The notes under the pieces were generated by a model. That model did no database searches, was not told where the DNA came from, and worked only from the letters and a program-made list of their open reading frames with translations. From Alphaproteobacteria bacterium (GTDB lineage: Bacteria > Pseudomonadota > Alphaproteobacteria > Rhizobiales > Devosiaceae): a stretch of DNA of 64,000 bases. Position numbers and translations under genes: made by a program. Below, piece after piece: positions 1 through 9,852 of this stretch (position 1 is its first letter; each line of letters begins with the position of its first letter). The stretch lies in the NCBI GenBank assembly GCA_018818925.1, contig JAHJQZ010000068.1, positions 5,458 through 69,457 of the forward strand. The letters are read 5' to 3'.

Positions 1-116
1 TCGTTGAAAATTTCAGTAACCCTGTTCAGGTTTGCCTGGCCGGCAGTCCTCGGAACCGGCACCCTTGCGCGACGGTCCCGCGCTTCGCCACGCTCTGTCG
101 AGGTCGAAGCGCGCCC

Positions 117-671
117 CTAGCTCAACAGCTTCGACACCACCAGCCGCGCCGCCGGCCCGATCTCCTCGATATAGCGCGCCCGCGCCGCCAGTCCCTCGGC
201 GCAGGCAAGCAGCACCTGCACATGCCGGCGCGCGTCCTTGTGCCCTTCGGCGACAAGGGCGCTGGTGAATTCCTCTTCCAGCCATTTTTCCAGGGCCTCG
301 AGCGGCTCGGCCAGCAGCTTGGATTTTTCCCCATAGAGCTCGGCGGCATGCGGCGAGACGCTGATCAGGCGGAAATAGGCCTTGAGTTTGGCCGTCAGCG
401 CCCGGGCGATCCGTTCCTGGGCGGGTCCCGGCCCCGACAGTTCGAGCGCGACCAGCGCCTGCCATTCCTCGAATATGCGCCGAGCCAGGGTTTTGAACAC
501 CAGGTCCTTGTCGGCGAAATAGGCATAGAGCGTCGGCTTGGCGACGCCGGCCTCGCGGGCGATCGCTTCCATGCTGGTGCCGCGCAGCCCATGCAGCACG
601 AACAGCGCCTGCGCGGTATTGAGAATGCGGTCGCGGCGCTCGGGATTGAGCTGTCTTGTCTGCTGCTTCAA
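117..671 (-). CDS. TetR/AcrR family transcriptional regulator
   Basis: 184-aa ORF. N-terminal HTH 'GLRGTSMEAIAREAGVAKPTLYAYFADK' is typical of TetR_N. Divergent from the SDR gene at 757. Confidence 0.85.
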   Translation of the reverse strand: MKQQTRQLNPERRDRILNTAQALFVLHGLRGTSMEAIAREAGVAKPTLYAYFADKDLVFKTLARRIFEEWQALVALELSGPGPAQERIARALTAKLKAYFRLISVSPHAAELYGEKSKLLAEPLEALEKWLEEEFTSALVAEGHKDARRHVQVLLACAEGLAARARYIEEIGPAARLVVSKLLS

Positions 672-756
672 TTTCGCCCCTTGTACGAACTTAACTGCAT
701 TCGTATATACCGTTCAATTGGCGCGCGGCAAGCCGCGAATCTATGGGGATAATACG

Positions 757-1779
757 ATGAAAACCGTTCTGGTCACTGGCATTTCCGGATTTGTCGGCGG
801 TCATGTGGCGCTCGCTGCCTTGCAGGCGGGTCACCGGGTTCGCGGCTCCTTGCGGTCCATGTCGCGCGCCGACACGGTCCGAGCCGAACTCGCCGATGCG
901 GGCGCCGATACGGATGGGCTCCAAATCGTAGCGCTCGATCTCATGAAGGATGACGGCTGGGCCGAAGCGATGGACGGCGTCGACGTGCTGCATCACGTCG
1001 CCTCGCCCTTCGTCATCGCCATGCCGGAGAATCCCGACGACTTGATCCGTCCCGCCGTCGAAGGTACCGAGCGCGCCCTTGCCGCCGCCCTGGCCGCCGG
1101 CGTCGGGCGCATTGTCGTCACCTCCTCGTTCGCGGCCGTCGGCTTCGGTCATCCCTCGGTGCGCACCGAGCCGTTTTCGGAAAACGACTGGACCAATCTC
1201 GACAGCGCCATCCGCGTCACCGCCTATGTCCGCTCCAAGACGCTGGCCGAACGGCGCGCCTGGGAGATGATGGCCCGGGCCGGACGCGAGACCGACCTCG
1301 TGACCGTCAATCCCGTCAACATCTACGGCCCGCTGCTCGGCGCCGATATCGGCACATCGGGTCTTCTCGTCCGCCGCCTCTTCAACGGCTCGGTGCCGGC
1401 CATGCCGCGCCTGATCTTTCCTTCGGTCGATGTTCGCGACGTCGCCGCCCTGCACATGGCGGCAATGGACATCCCGGCGGCGGGCGGCCAACGCATCCTC
1501 GCGTCCGCCGGGCCGCTCGGCCTGCCCGACATGGCCCGACTGTTGCGCAAGACCTTTCCCGAGACCAGCCGGCGCGTGCCGCGCATCGTCATGCCCGACT
1601 GGATGGCGCGCATATACGCTCTCTTCGACAAGGAACTGCGCGACAATGCCGAGTTCATCGGCATGAAGACCAGGGTCAATGCCGGTCGCGCCCAGATCCT
1701 GCTCGGCCGACCGCTGATCGGCGCCGAACAGGCTTTCCTTTCCATGGCGCGCACCATGATCGAGCGCGGCCTGATCTGA
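757..1779 (+). CDS. NAD(P)-dependent epimerase/dehydratase family oxidoreductase (extended SDR)
   Basis: In-frame ATG at 757 inside track ORF 538..1779. Has the Rossmann motif 'VLVTGISGFVGGHV' and the YxxxK motif 'YVRSK'. The upstream part of the track ORF is an Arg/Cys-rich shadow. Confidence 0.8.
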   Translation: MKTVLVTGISGFVGGHVALAALQAGHRVRGSLRSMSRADTVRAELADAGADTDGLQIVALDLMKDDGWAEAMDGVDVLHHVASPFVIAMPENPDDLIRPAVEGTERALAAALAAGVGRIVVTSSFAAVGFGHPSVRTEPFSENDWTNLDSAIRVTAYVRSKTLAERRAWEMMARAGRETDLVTVNPVNIYGPLLGADIGTSGLLVRRLFNGSVPAMPRLIFPSVDVRDVAALHMAAMDIPAAGGQRILASAGPLGLPDMARLLRKTFPETSRRVPRIVMPDWMARIYALFDKELRDNAEFIGMKTRVNAGRAQILLGRPLIGAEQAFLSMARTMIERGLI

Positions 1780-1904
1780 CCGACCGGGGGGCGGATTCCG
1801 GCCGCGCGGCCAAAAAAGACACTAGGCGGCAGGCCATGAATTCGCTAAACAACCGCGAACTCTCGTTCGGCCCAAAAGGCGCCGCGACGCGGGGTGGTCA
1901 GGGC

Positions 1905-1980
1905 GGGGCTGTAGCTCAGTTGGGAGAGCGCATCGTTCGCAATGATGAGGTCAGGGGTTCGATTCCCCTCAGCTCCACCA
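1905..1980 (+). tRNA. tRNA-Ala (anticodon CGC)
   Basis: 76-nt cloverleaf read by eye: acceptor GGGGCTG/CAGCTCC with the G3:U70 alanine identity pair, D-arm GCTC-AGTTGGGA-GAGC, anticodon loop TTCGCAA, T-arm AGGGG-TTCGATT-CCCCT, encoded CCA. Confidence 0.95.
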
Positions 1981-2034
1981 GTCCTGGCAAGCCGATCCCT
2001 TTCCCATCCGCTTCGGCGCTCTCTCCGCCGCCGC

Positions 2035-3132
2035 TCAGCCGGGCGATGCCGGGCTGATGCCTTCGGGCAGCCATGACCGGAAGAGCGGATGACCGCTGGC
2101 GATCGGCAGCGGCGTCGGCCTGCCGGTGCGCATCGAATGATAGGCCGCCGTCACCAGTTCGAGCGACCGCCTTGCGTCCTCGAGTGTCACCGGCGGAGCC
2201 GTGCCGGCCATGACCGCCTCATGGAACAGCTCGAACTGGCGCGCGAAGCCCTCCTCGGCCGCCGGCACCTCGGCGAGCGCCGCGTCGATCCCGGCCTGCA
2301 GCGCCGCGTCCTCGGCGACAAAGCGCCAGGGGTCGCGTGCCGGGGCGTAGGGCTGGTCGCGGATGCTTTCGGCAACGAGGTTCTCGAAACAGAACCTCAG
2401 CCGCGATATCTGTTCGCGCGAGCCGAGTGTCATCGACAGCGCCGCCAGCGAGCCGTTGCGCATCCTCAGCGCCAGCGCCGCATTGTCCTCGACCTCGATC
2501 GGGTTGACCAGCGTCGCGCCGTAGGCGAACACCTCTTCTGTCGGCCCGTGGATGTAATTGAGCATGTCATGGGCGTGGATGGCATGGCCGAGCAGCCCGC
2601 CGCCCAGTTCGGTCGCCCATTTGCCGCGCCAGGGAACGGAATAATAGGGCGGCGGCCGCCACCAATGCGTCTCGATGGTCGTCATGTAGGCCTTGCCGGT
2701 CAGGCCGCGATCGACGAGGTGCTTGAGCTTTTGCAGGCCGGCGCCGTAGCGGTACTGGAAGATCGGCATGAAGGTGCGGCCAGAGCCGGCGACGATCCCG
2801 GCCATCGCGTCGACCTCGGCAACCGAACCGAACAGTGGCTTTTCGCAGATGACGTGCTTGCCCGCCGCGATGGCCGCCCGGCTCAATTCGAAATGGCTAC
2901 CCGGCGGCGTGCAGATGTCGACTAGATCGATATCGTCGCGGCCAAGGACGCTGCTAAAGTCCGGCGTGAATTCGGCAAGGCCGAGATCGGCGGTCAGCGC
3001 CCGGCCGCGCTCCTCGTCGAGCGAACACAGGACAGGAACCTCGAACAGGTCCCCGAGACGGAAAAAGCCCTGTTCGACATGTATCCGGGCGATGCCGGAG
3101 CCGATCACCGCAACGCGCAGTCTTTGTGCCAT
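2035..3132 (-). CDS. Gfo/Idh/MocA family oxidoreductase
   Basis: Start taken at '[18 protein letters not shown]' (Rossmann N-terminus), ATG at 3130-3132. Has the 'HVICEKPL' EKP motif. The upstream 57 codons of the track ORF look non-coding. Confidence 0.85.
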   Translation of the reverse strand: MAQRLRVAVIGSGIARIHVEQGFFRLGDLFEVPVLCSLDEERGRALTADLGLAEFTPDFSSVLGRDDIDLVDICTPPGSHFELSRAAIAAGKHVICEKPLFGSVAEVDAMAGIVAGSGRTFMPIFQYRYGAGLQKLKHLVDRGLTGKAYMTTIETHWWRPPPYYSVPWRGKWATELGGGLLGHAIHAHDMLNYIHGPTEEVFAYGATLVNPIEVEDNAALALRMRNGSLAALSMTLGSREQISRLRFCFENLVAESIRDQPYAPARDPWRFVAEDAALQAGIDAALAEVPAAEEGFARQFELFHEAVMAGTAPPVTLEDARRSLELVTAAYHSMRTGRPTPLPIASGHPLFRSWLPEGISPASPG

Positions 3133-3149
3133 TTCTTCTGACTTCTTTT

Positions 3150-4178
3150 TCAAACCCGCCCGACGATGCGCGCCGCCTTCGCCTGCGCCTCGAGCGACAG
3201 TCGGCACACCTCGTAGACATGGGCCTGCGTCATCGCCGTTTCCGTGCGATTGCGCACATCGGCGGCGAACTGGCGGAAATAGACGAGCGGCTCGCCGCTG
3301 CAATCAATGTAGCGCACGCTGGAACCATCGGCGATGAACAGGTGGTTTTCCCCCGGTCGTCCGGCGATGTCGATATATTTGCGCAATTCGATATAGCCCT
3401 CGGTGCCCAGAATCACCAGCCGCCCGTCGCCCCATGACGGCAGCCCGTCCGGGGTCAGCCAATCGACGCGGATATAGCCCGCCGCCCGGTCGCTGCGCAA
3501 AAGCACCTCGCCGAAATCCTCGAATCCCGGCTTGTCGGGCATGGTGAAATTGCCGATGGTGCTCGATGCTACCTCCGCCGTTTCCGAGCCGGTATAGAAC
3601 AGGAACTGGTCGATCTGGTGCGAGGCGATGTCGACGATGATGCCGCCGAACCGCTCGGGATCGTAGAACCAGTCCGGCCGGCTCGCGAGGTTCTTGCGGT
3701 GCGGCCCGAGTCCGACCGTCTGGATCACCGTGCCGATGGCGCCCTCGGCGACGAGGTGCCCGGCCTTGACCGCCGCCGGCACGCTGTGGCGTTCGGAAAA
3801 GCACACCGAAAAGATGCGCCCGGTCTCGGCCACGGTTTTCCTGACCGCCTCGAGCTGGGCGAAGGTGGTCAGGCCCGGCTTGTCGACCATGACGTCCTTG
3901 CCGGCCCGCATGGCGCGGATGGCGAGGTCGGCCCGGTCCGCCGGCACGGCCGAGATGCAGATGATGTCGATGCTCTGGTCGGCGAACAGCTCCTCGCGGT
4001 CGCGCACCGGAACGTTCGGAAAACGCTCGCGGAAGGCGGCGGCCAGCGCCGGCACGCTCGTCCTGTCGCAATAGCCGGCGAACGCCACCCCTTCGGGCAA
4101 AAGTCCCTCGACATGCTGGAAGGCATGGCCGTGGTCGAGCCCGACAACGGCGAAGCTCAGACGTCTTTGGGTGGTCAT
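3150..4178 (-). CDS. Gfo/Idh/MocA family oxidoreductase
   Basis: Start taken at 'MTTQRRLSFAVVGLDHGHAF'. Has the 'VMVDKPG' motif. Tandem with the preceding paralog and downstream of the ABC genes. Confidence 0.85.
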   Translation of the reverse strand: MTTQRRLSFAVVGLDHGHAFQHVEGLLPEGVAFAGYCDRTSVPALAAAFRERFPNVPVRDREELFADQSIDIICISAVPADRADLAIRAMRAGKDVMVDKPGLTTFAQLEAVRKTVAETGRIFSVCFSERHSVPAAVKAGHLVAEGAIGTVIQTVGLGPHRKNLASRPDWFYDPERFGGIIVDIASHQIDQFLFYTGSETAEVASSTIGNFTMPDKPGFEDFGEVLLRSDRAAGYIRVDWLTPDGLPSWGDGRLVILGTEGYIELRKYIDIAGRPGENHLFIADGSSVRYIDCSGEPLVYFRQFAADVRNRTETAMTQAHVYEVCRLSLEAQAKAARIVGRV

Positions 4179-4198
4179 TTCTTCACTCCGAGCAACCG

Positions 4199-5281
4199 CT
4201 AACCCGCGATCTCGACGCGACTTTCGCTGGCGTCGAAAAAGTGCATGTCGGCACGGTTGAAGCCGATGTTCACCTCTTGGCCCGGTTCGTAGTCCAATTC
4301 CGTTTCGCCGCCGCCATGCAGCAAGAGGGCCTGACCGGACGCAGTGGTGAAGTGCACGAGCATTTCGCTGCCCAAATACTCGACGAGCTGGATGGTGCCC
4401 GTCGTCCGGATCTCGCCCATCCCGACCTTCATCGCCTCGGGGCGCACGCACACGGTGATCGCGCGGTCTGCGGTGGCGAGCGCCTTGAGTTCGACATCGC
4501 CGAAATCGCCAAGGGTCAGCCGCGCCGTGCCGCCCGACTGATCGAGAACCGCCGGCAGCATGTTGATCTTGGGCGAGCCGATGAAGCCGGCAACGAACAG
4601 GTTGGCCGGGCGCTTGTAGAGGTCCTGGGGCCGCCCGACCTGTTCGATCACGCCGTTGCGCAAAACCACGATCCGGCTGGCCAGCGTCATCGCCTCCACC
4701 TGGTCGTGGGTGACGTAGATCATCGTCGTCTTGAGGCGCTTGTACAAGGAGGCCAGTTCGACGCGCATCTGCACCCTCAGCTCGGCGTCGAGATTGCTGA
4801 GCGGCTCGTCGAACAGAAACAGGTGCGGCTCGCGAACGATCGACCGCCCGATGGCGACGCGCTGCTTCTGGCCGCCGGAGAGCTGGCGCGGCTTTCTGTG
4901 GAGCAATTGCTCGATCTGCAGGATGCGGGCGGCGTTGAGCACCTTTTCCTCGATCTCGGCCTTGCTCATCTTCTGGTTCTGCAGGCCGAAGGCGAGGTTC
5001 TTCTTGACACTCATATGCGGGTAGAGCGCATAGGACTGGAAGACCATCGAAAGCTGGCGCTTGGACGGCGCCAGGTCGTTGACGATCCTGTCACCGATGG
5101 CGATGGTGCCCTCGGTCACCTCCTCGAGCCCGGCAATCATCCTGAGCAAGGTCGACTTGCCGCAGCCGGACGGGCCGACCAGCACAAGAAACTCGCCGTC
5201 GACGACATCGAGATTGAGCCCGGTAATGACCTCGACCGCGCCATAGGTCTTGCCGACATTGCGAAGGGTCAAACCCGCCAT
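4199..5281 (-). CDS. Sugar ABC transporter ATP-binding protein (MalK/UgpC-like, CUT1)
   Basis: Walker A 'GPSGCGKST', signature 'LSGGQKQR', Walker B 'LFLFDEPLS', and a C-terminal regulatory (TOBE-like) domain. Confidence 0.9.
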   Translation of the reverse strand: MAGLTLRNVGKTYGAVEVITGLNLDVVDGEFLVLVGPSGCGKSTLLRMIAGLEEVTEGTIAIGDRIVNDLAPSKRQLSMVFQSYALYPHMSVKKNLAFGLQNQKMSKAEIEEKVLNAARILQIEQLLHRKPRQLSGGQKQRVAIGRSIVREPHLFLFDEPLSNLDAELRVQMRVELASLYKRLKTTMIYVTHDQVEAMTLASRIVVLRNGVIEQVGRPQDLYKRPANLFVAGFIGSPKINMLPAVLDQSGGTARLTLGDFGDVELKALATADRAITVCVRPEAMKVGMGEIRTTGTIQLVEYLGSEMLVHFTTASGQALLLHGGGETELDYEPGQEVNIGFNRADMHFFDASESRVEIAG

Positions 5282-5291
5282 TGCTACGATC

Positions 5292-6203
5292 CTATTTCAT
5301 GCCTGAGGTCGCGATACCGCGCACGATGAGTTTCTGGAAGAGGACGAAAAACAGCACCACCGGCACCAGCGACAGCACCGACATGGCGAACATCTGGCCA
5401 TAGGCGGAGGTGCCGTCCGAGGCGAGGAACAGCCTGAGGGCCAGCGGCACGGTGTAGCTCTTGATGTCGTTGAGATAGATGAGCGGGGGCAGGAAGTCTT
5501 CCCACACCCAGATGAACGAGAAGATCGCCGCCGTGGCCATGGCCGGCAGCGACAGCGGCAGGATGATGATCCAGTAGATCTTGTAGACCGAATAGCCGTC
5601 GATCATCGCCGCTTCGTCGAGTTCGCGCGGCAACTGCCGGAAGAACTGCACCATCAGGAAGATGAAGAAGGCGTCAGAAGCGAGGAATTTGGGCACGATC
5701 AGCGGCAGATAGGTGTCGATCCATCCAAGGTTCAGGAACAGCACATATTGCGGGATGAGGACGACGTGATAGGGGATCATCAGGGTCATCATCATCAGCG
5801 CGAAGAAGAAATTGCGCCCGTTGAACTGCAGGCGCGCAAAGGCGTAGGCCGCGAACGAGCAGGACAGCAGATTGCCGATGACCGACAGCACGGTCACGAT
5901 CAGGGAATTGGTGAAAAAGGTCGTGAACGAGATCGGCAACCCTTCCCAACCTTCGATGTAGTTGGACAACCTGAATTCGGATGGCCACAGATTGAGCGTC
6001 GAGAAGATCTCGTTTTCCGGCTTGAACGATGCCGAGACCAGCCAGAGCAGCGGGTAGAGCATGATCAGCGACATGACGATGAGGAAGACATGCTTCATCA
6101 GCCGCATGTTGCGGGCGCGCTTTTCGCGGGCGACGCGCATCCGGTGAGCGACCGCCGCCGCTTCTTCCATCTCGCGGGTGAGCTCGGGGCTAGTCGCGTT
6201 CAT
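5292..6203 (-). CDS. Carbohydrate ABC transporter permease
   Basis: Polytopic membrane ORF with the EAA loop 'DEAAMIDGYSVYKIYWIIILPLSLP'. Confidence 0.9.
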   Translation of the reverse strand: MNATSPELTREMEEAAAVAHRMRVAREKRARNMRLMKHVFLIVMSLIMLYPLLWLVSASFKPENEIFSTLNLWPSEFRLSNYIEGWEGLPISFTTFFTNSLIVTVLSVIGNLLSCSFAAYAFARLQFNGRNFFFALMMMTLMIPYHVVLIPQYVLFLNLGWIDTYLPLIVPKFLASDAFFIFLMVQFFRQLPRELDEAAMIDGYSVYKIYWIIILPLSLPAMATAAIFSFIWVWEDFLPPLIYLNDIKSYTVPLALRLFLASDGTSAYGQMFAMSVLSLVPVVLFFVLFQKLIVRGIATSGMK

Positions 6204-7083
6204 TTTCGTAATGCACCCAGTATTTCGAGCTGAGGAACGCCAGGGCGGTGAAGAACGCGATGATCACCAGGAGCACCCAGGCGAGCGCCGATGCGTAGCC
6301 CATGCGGAAGAATTTGAAGGCCTCGTTGAACAGGAACACCGTGTAGACCAGCAGGCTGTCGGACGGGGCGCCGGTGCCGTTCGAGATGATGAAGGCCGGC
6401 GAGAACACCTTGAAGGCATCGATGGTCTGCAAAACGAGATTGAAGAAGATGACGGGCGCCAGAAGCGGCAGGGTAATGCGGGTGAACTGCCGCCATTTCG
6501 GCGTGCCATCGATTTCGGCCGCCTCGTAGAGGTCGCGCGGAATGCCCCGCAATCCGGCCAGAAAGATCAGCATCGGCGCGCCGAACTGCCAGACGGCGAG
6601 AACGACCAGGGTATAAAGCGCGGTGTGCGGATCGGAGATCCAGGCAGGCCCCTCGAAGCCAACGAGCGCCAGCACCTTGTTGACGACGCCGTCGGCGAGA
6701 AAGAGCTGGCGCCACAGGATGGCAATGGCGATCGAGGCGCCCAGAAGCGAGGGCAGATAGAAGATCGCCCGATAAAAGCTGATGGTTCTCAACCCCTTGT
6801 CGAGCAGCATGGCGACAGCGAGCGCCATGATCAGCCGCGCCGGCACGGCCAGGGCGACAAAGGAGAAGGTGACCCCGAGCGCCTTCCAGAAACGGCGGTC
6901 GCGGCCGAACATGTAGAGGTAATTGTCGAGCCCGATCCAGCGCGGATCGGCCACCATGTCGTAATGGGTGAAGGACAAAAAGAGCGACGCCAGAATGGGG
7001 CCGAGCGCCAGGCAGAAGAACCCGATGAGCCAGGGCGTCAGGAAGACAAAGCCCGGCGTATTGCGCACGAGGAATCGTTTCAT
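6190..7083 (-). CDS. Carbohydrate ABC transporter permease
   Basis: Start taken at 'MKRFLVRNTPGFVFLTPWL' (ATG 7081-7083). EAA loop 'YEAAEIDGTPKWRQFTRITLPLLAP'. Overlaps the downstream permease by 14 nt. Confidence 0.9.
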   Translation of the reverse strand: MKRFLVRNTPGFVFLTPWLIGFFCLALGPILASLFLSFTHYDMVADPRWIGLDNYLYMFGRDRRFWKALGVTFSFVALAVPARLIMALAVAMLLDKGLRTISFYRAIFYLPSLLGASIAIAILWRQLFLADGVVNKVLALVGFEGPAWISDPHTALYTLVVLAVWQFGAPMLIFLAGLRGIPRDLYEAAEIDGTPKWRQFTRITLPLLAPVIFFNLVLQTIDAFKVFSPAFIISNGTGAPSDSLLVYTVFLFNEAFKFFRMGYASALAWVLLVIIAFFTALAFLSSKYWVHYENERD

Positions 7084-7156
7084 GTTCCCCTCTTGTCGCT
7101 TGCGTCCCCGCCCCGTTGCCGGGGCGGGAGCCTGATTTTGCGTGACGGTCACGCGC

Positions 7157-8434
7157 TTACTTGGCGCGTTCGAGAATGTCGGATGCGGTCTGCACGAATT
7201 CCTCGGCCGCTTCGGCGACACCCTTGTTGCCCAGAACCACGTCGGTGCCGATGCGCATATAGGCGTCGCGGACTTCGTTGTGGCCCTTGGGCGCAGGCAG
7301 CGGCAGGGCGCCGACCTTGTCCTGGATGGCATTGAAATAGTCCACCGAGACCTTTTCGGGCGGCGTGAAGTTGGGTTCGAGCGCGGCGCGCACATTGGGA
7401 TTGGCCGGGATGCCGCGTTCAAGGCCGAGAATGGCCGTGGATTCCGGATCGTTCACCCAGTCGCTCATGTACATGATGGCCGCCTCGACATCCTTGGCGT
7501 CGCGGGTCAGCGACATGAACATCGACGGCTTGATGAACTGCCCGGGCTTGCCGTCGGCCTTGTGCGGCACCATGCCGGCACCGACCGGATCCTGCATCAG
7601 CGCCTGCAGGCCGACGATCTGGTTTGACCACATCATCGACATGGCGGTCTCGCCCTTGATCATGCCGCCCTCTGCGAACGGAGCGTCGAGAATGACGGTC
7701 TTGTCCTTGGAACGGACAAGATCGGCCTCGCGCAGCTTGGCCCAGTAGTCCCAATAGGTCGAGACGTCCTCGACGGTGAAGCCGAGCGTGCCGTCCTCGT
7801 TGTAGAAGCCGCGGCCGTTCTGACGGGCCCAGACTTCCTGGTTCTCGGTGACCAGGCTGAGATCGTCCGACCCCTTGACGCCGGTCTTGCTGGTGATCGC
7901 CTCGCAGGCGGCAGCGTAATCGTCCCTGGTCCAGGTGATCGGATCGGCCGTGACGCCGGCCTCTTCGAGCAGGCGCGTGTTGTATGGCATGACCTGGCTG
8001 TTCGAGCCGATATTGAGGGCATAGAGCTTGCCGTCGACATAGCCGCCGGAGAGCGGACCCTTGTCGAAATTGGAAAGATCGAGGCCGTTGCCGATATGCT
8101 CGTCGAGCGTCCTGAGGGCGCCGCGGCGCGAATATTCGAACAGCAGGCTGTAATCCATCTGAACGAGGTCGGCCATGTTGCGACCGGCGGTCTGGGTCGC
8201 CATCTTGGTCCAGTAGTCGCCCCAGCCCACGGTCTCGCCCGACACGGCGATCTCGGGATGGTGCTGCTGGAAGATGTCGATCACCTTGAAGGTGCGTTCG
8301 TCGCGATTGGGATTGCCCCACCAGAAATGGCGGATGGAGCGATCGGCGGCGATCGCCGGTATCGCGGGTAGCGCGGTTGCGGCAGCGGCGGCACCCATGC
8401 CGGCCAGAACCGTGCGGCGTGTAAACTTGGACAT
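7157..8434 (-). CDS. ABC transporter extracellular solute-binding protein (family 1, sugar)
   Basis: Start taken at 'MSKFTRRTVLAGMGAAAAATALPAIPAIAA' (twin-arginine type signal). Sits in an operon with the two permeases and the ATPase. Confidence 0.9.
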   Translation of the reverse strand: MSKFTRRTVLAGMGAAAAATALPAIPAIAADRSIRHFWWGNPNRDERTFKVIDIFQQHHPEIAVSGETVGWGDYWTKMATQTAGRNMADLVQMDYSLLFEYSRRGALRTLDEHIGNGLDLSNFDKGPLSGGYVDGKLYALNIGSNSQVMPYNTRLLEEAGVTADPITWTRDDYAAACEAITSKTGVKGSDDLSLVTENQEVWARQNGRGFYNEDGTLGFTVEDVSTYWDYWAKLREADLVRSKDKTVILDAPFAEGGMIKGETAMSMMWSNQIVGLQALMQDPVGAGMVPHKADGKPGQFIKPSMFMSLTRDAKDVEAAIMYMSDWVNDPESTAILGLERGIPANPNVRAALEPNFTPPEKVSVDYFNAIQDKVGALPLPAPKGHNEVRDAYMRIGTDVVLGNKGVAEAAEEFVQTASDILERAK

Positions 8435-8508
8435 GATATTGCTCCTCCTTGGCATCAACTTGTCATGTTGTCGTCGATACGATCGCCTCTGCGTGCACTG
8501 CTCTCCCG

Positions 8509-9666
8509 TCAACAATAATCGCGCAGAAGTTCAGTCAGGCAGAGCACGGCCATCGATTGCCCATAGGGCATCGCGGTGCGCCGGATCTGCCGGTAGAAAT
8601 CGAGGTCGTGCCCCATGGGCGTGCCGGTCGAAACCTGCATCAGTTCGCCATCGGCGGTGATGTTGGCGACGACGCCCTTCATGGCGCGCATCGCGATTTC
8701 GGCATACTCGGCCCCGAGAAAACGCTTGCGCGCCGCCTTCATCAGTCCATAGGCGAAGCCGGCGGTGGCGGACGCCTCGAGATAGCTTTGCGGATCGTTG
8801 ATGAGCGTGTGCCAGAGCCCGGTTTCGTCCTGGTGCGCCCTGAGCGCGAAGGCCTGGCGATCGAGTACCGAAACGAGCAGGCGGCGCAGCGGATCGCCCG
8901 GTTCGAGCCCGGCCAGCTCGATGAATTCGGGAATGGCGATGGTGACCCAGGAATTGCCCCGCGCCCACAGTGCCCGGGCGAAATTGTGCTTTCCCTCAAA
9001 GCTCCAGCCGTGGAACCACAGGCCGGTATGGGTGTCCATCAGATACTGGGCGTGCAGGAGGAATTGGTACTTCGCCTCGTCGAGATAAGGCGGCCGGCCG
9101 AGGACGAGCCCGATCTTGGTCAGCGCCAGAACGCTCATCATCAGCGTGTCGTCCCAGAGCTGCTGCTCGTTGACCGAGTTGAAGACGATGTGCTGCAGCC
9201 CGCCCTGTTCGGTGCGCGGCATTTCGTGCATCACCCATTCGGCCCAGGCGTCGAGATAGGGAACCCAGGCCGGATTTCCGAACCGCTCGTAAAGGAAGGC
9301 GAGCGTCAGCATCGGCGCGACGGTATTGACGTTCTTGGTCGGCGGACCTTCGGCGAAACGCGCCGCGAACCAGTCGGTGATGACCTTGAGCGTTTCGTCG
9401 TCGCCGGTCATGTCCCAGTATTTGAAAAGTCCGTAAAGGCCGACGCCCTGGGTCCATTCCCAGTAATTCCAGTTCTTGCCGTCGACGACCCGCCCGTCGC
9501 CGAGCGGCAGAAGGAATTCGCCGGTCTCGTCCCGGATCGACACGAGATTGCGCCTCAATCGGCCGACCAGTTCATGCACCGCGTCGCGGGAGATGAAATG
9601 GTCCTTTTGCCTGAGCAATGGATGCAGCGCCAAACGCCCCTCCCCAACCGCACCGAGTGTCTGCAA
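8509..9666 (-). CDS. Glycoside hydrolase family 88/105 (unsaturated glucuronyl / rhamnogalacturonyl hydrolase, YteR-like)
   Basis: 385-aa ORF with 'LWDDTLMMSVLAL' (the WxDDxxM catalytic-Asp region of GH88/GH105) and an (alpha/alpha)6-type repeat pattern such as 'WARGNSW'. Confidence 0.8.
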   Translation of the reverse strand: MQTLGAVGEGRLALHPLLRQKDHFISRDAVHELVGRLRRNLVSIRDETGEFLLPLGDGRVVDGKNWNYWEWTQGVGLYGLFKYWDMTGDDETLKVITDWFAARFAEGPPTKNVNTVAPMLTLAFLYERFGNPAWVPYLDAWAEWVMHEMPRTEQGGLQHIVFNSVNEQQLWDDTLMMSVLALTKIGLVLGRPPYLDEAKYQFLLHAQYLMDTHTGLWFHGWSFEGKHNFARALWARGNSWVTIAIPEFIELAGLEPGDPLRRLLVSVLDRQAFALRAHQDETGLWHTLINDPQSYLEASATAGFAYGLMKAARKRFLGAEYAEIAMRAMKGVVANITADGELMQVSTGTPMGHDLDFYRQIRRTAMPYGQSMAVLCLTELLRDYC

Positions 9667-9675
9667 TTTCGGAAC

Positions 9676-9700
9676 GTGGTTTCATTTTTTAGGAAACCAC
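9676..9700. promoter_or_regulatory. Perfect 8-bp inverted repeat GTGGTTTC-N9-GAAACCAC in the GH/IclR divergent intergenic region (candidate IclR operator)
   Basis: Read directly. Lies 10-34 bp upstream of the GH start inside a 186-bp AT-rich divergent region. Confidence 0.4.
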
Positions 9701-9852
9701 AGCTCCCAAGCAAGATCAATCCTTTTGGCCGCGATTGCAAAAAATTCCGATTTCGGCAATCGATTCAGCCGGTTGAGAGCGGTGCACATCACGGCTTGAC
9801 TTTGGCTGATCACGATTTCAAAATCCGGTTTCGAAAAAAACAGAACGAATCC

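Noticed and set aside
1981-2034. Possible integrated element at the 3' end of tRNA-Ala
   Set aside because: I found no integrase, no excisionase, and no direct repeat of the tRNA 3' end anywhere in the following 10 kb by eye. I keep it only as context in the catabolic-locus finding.
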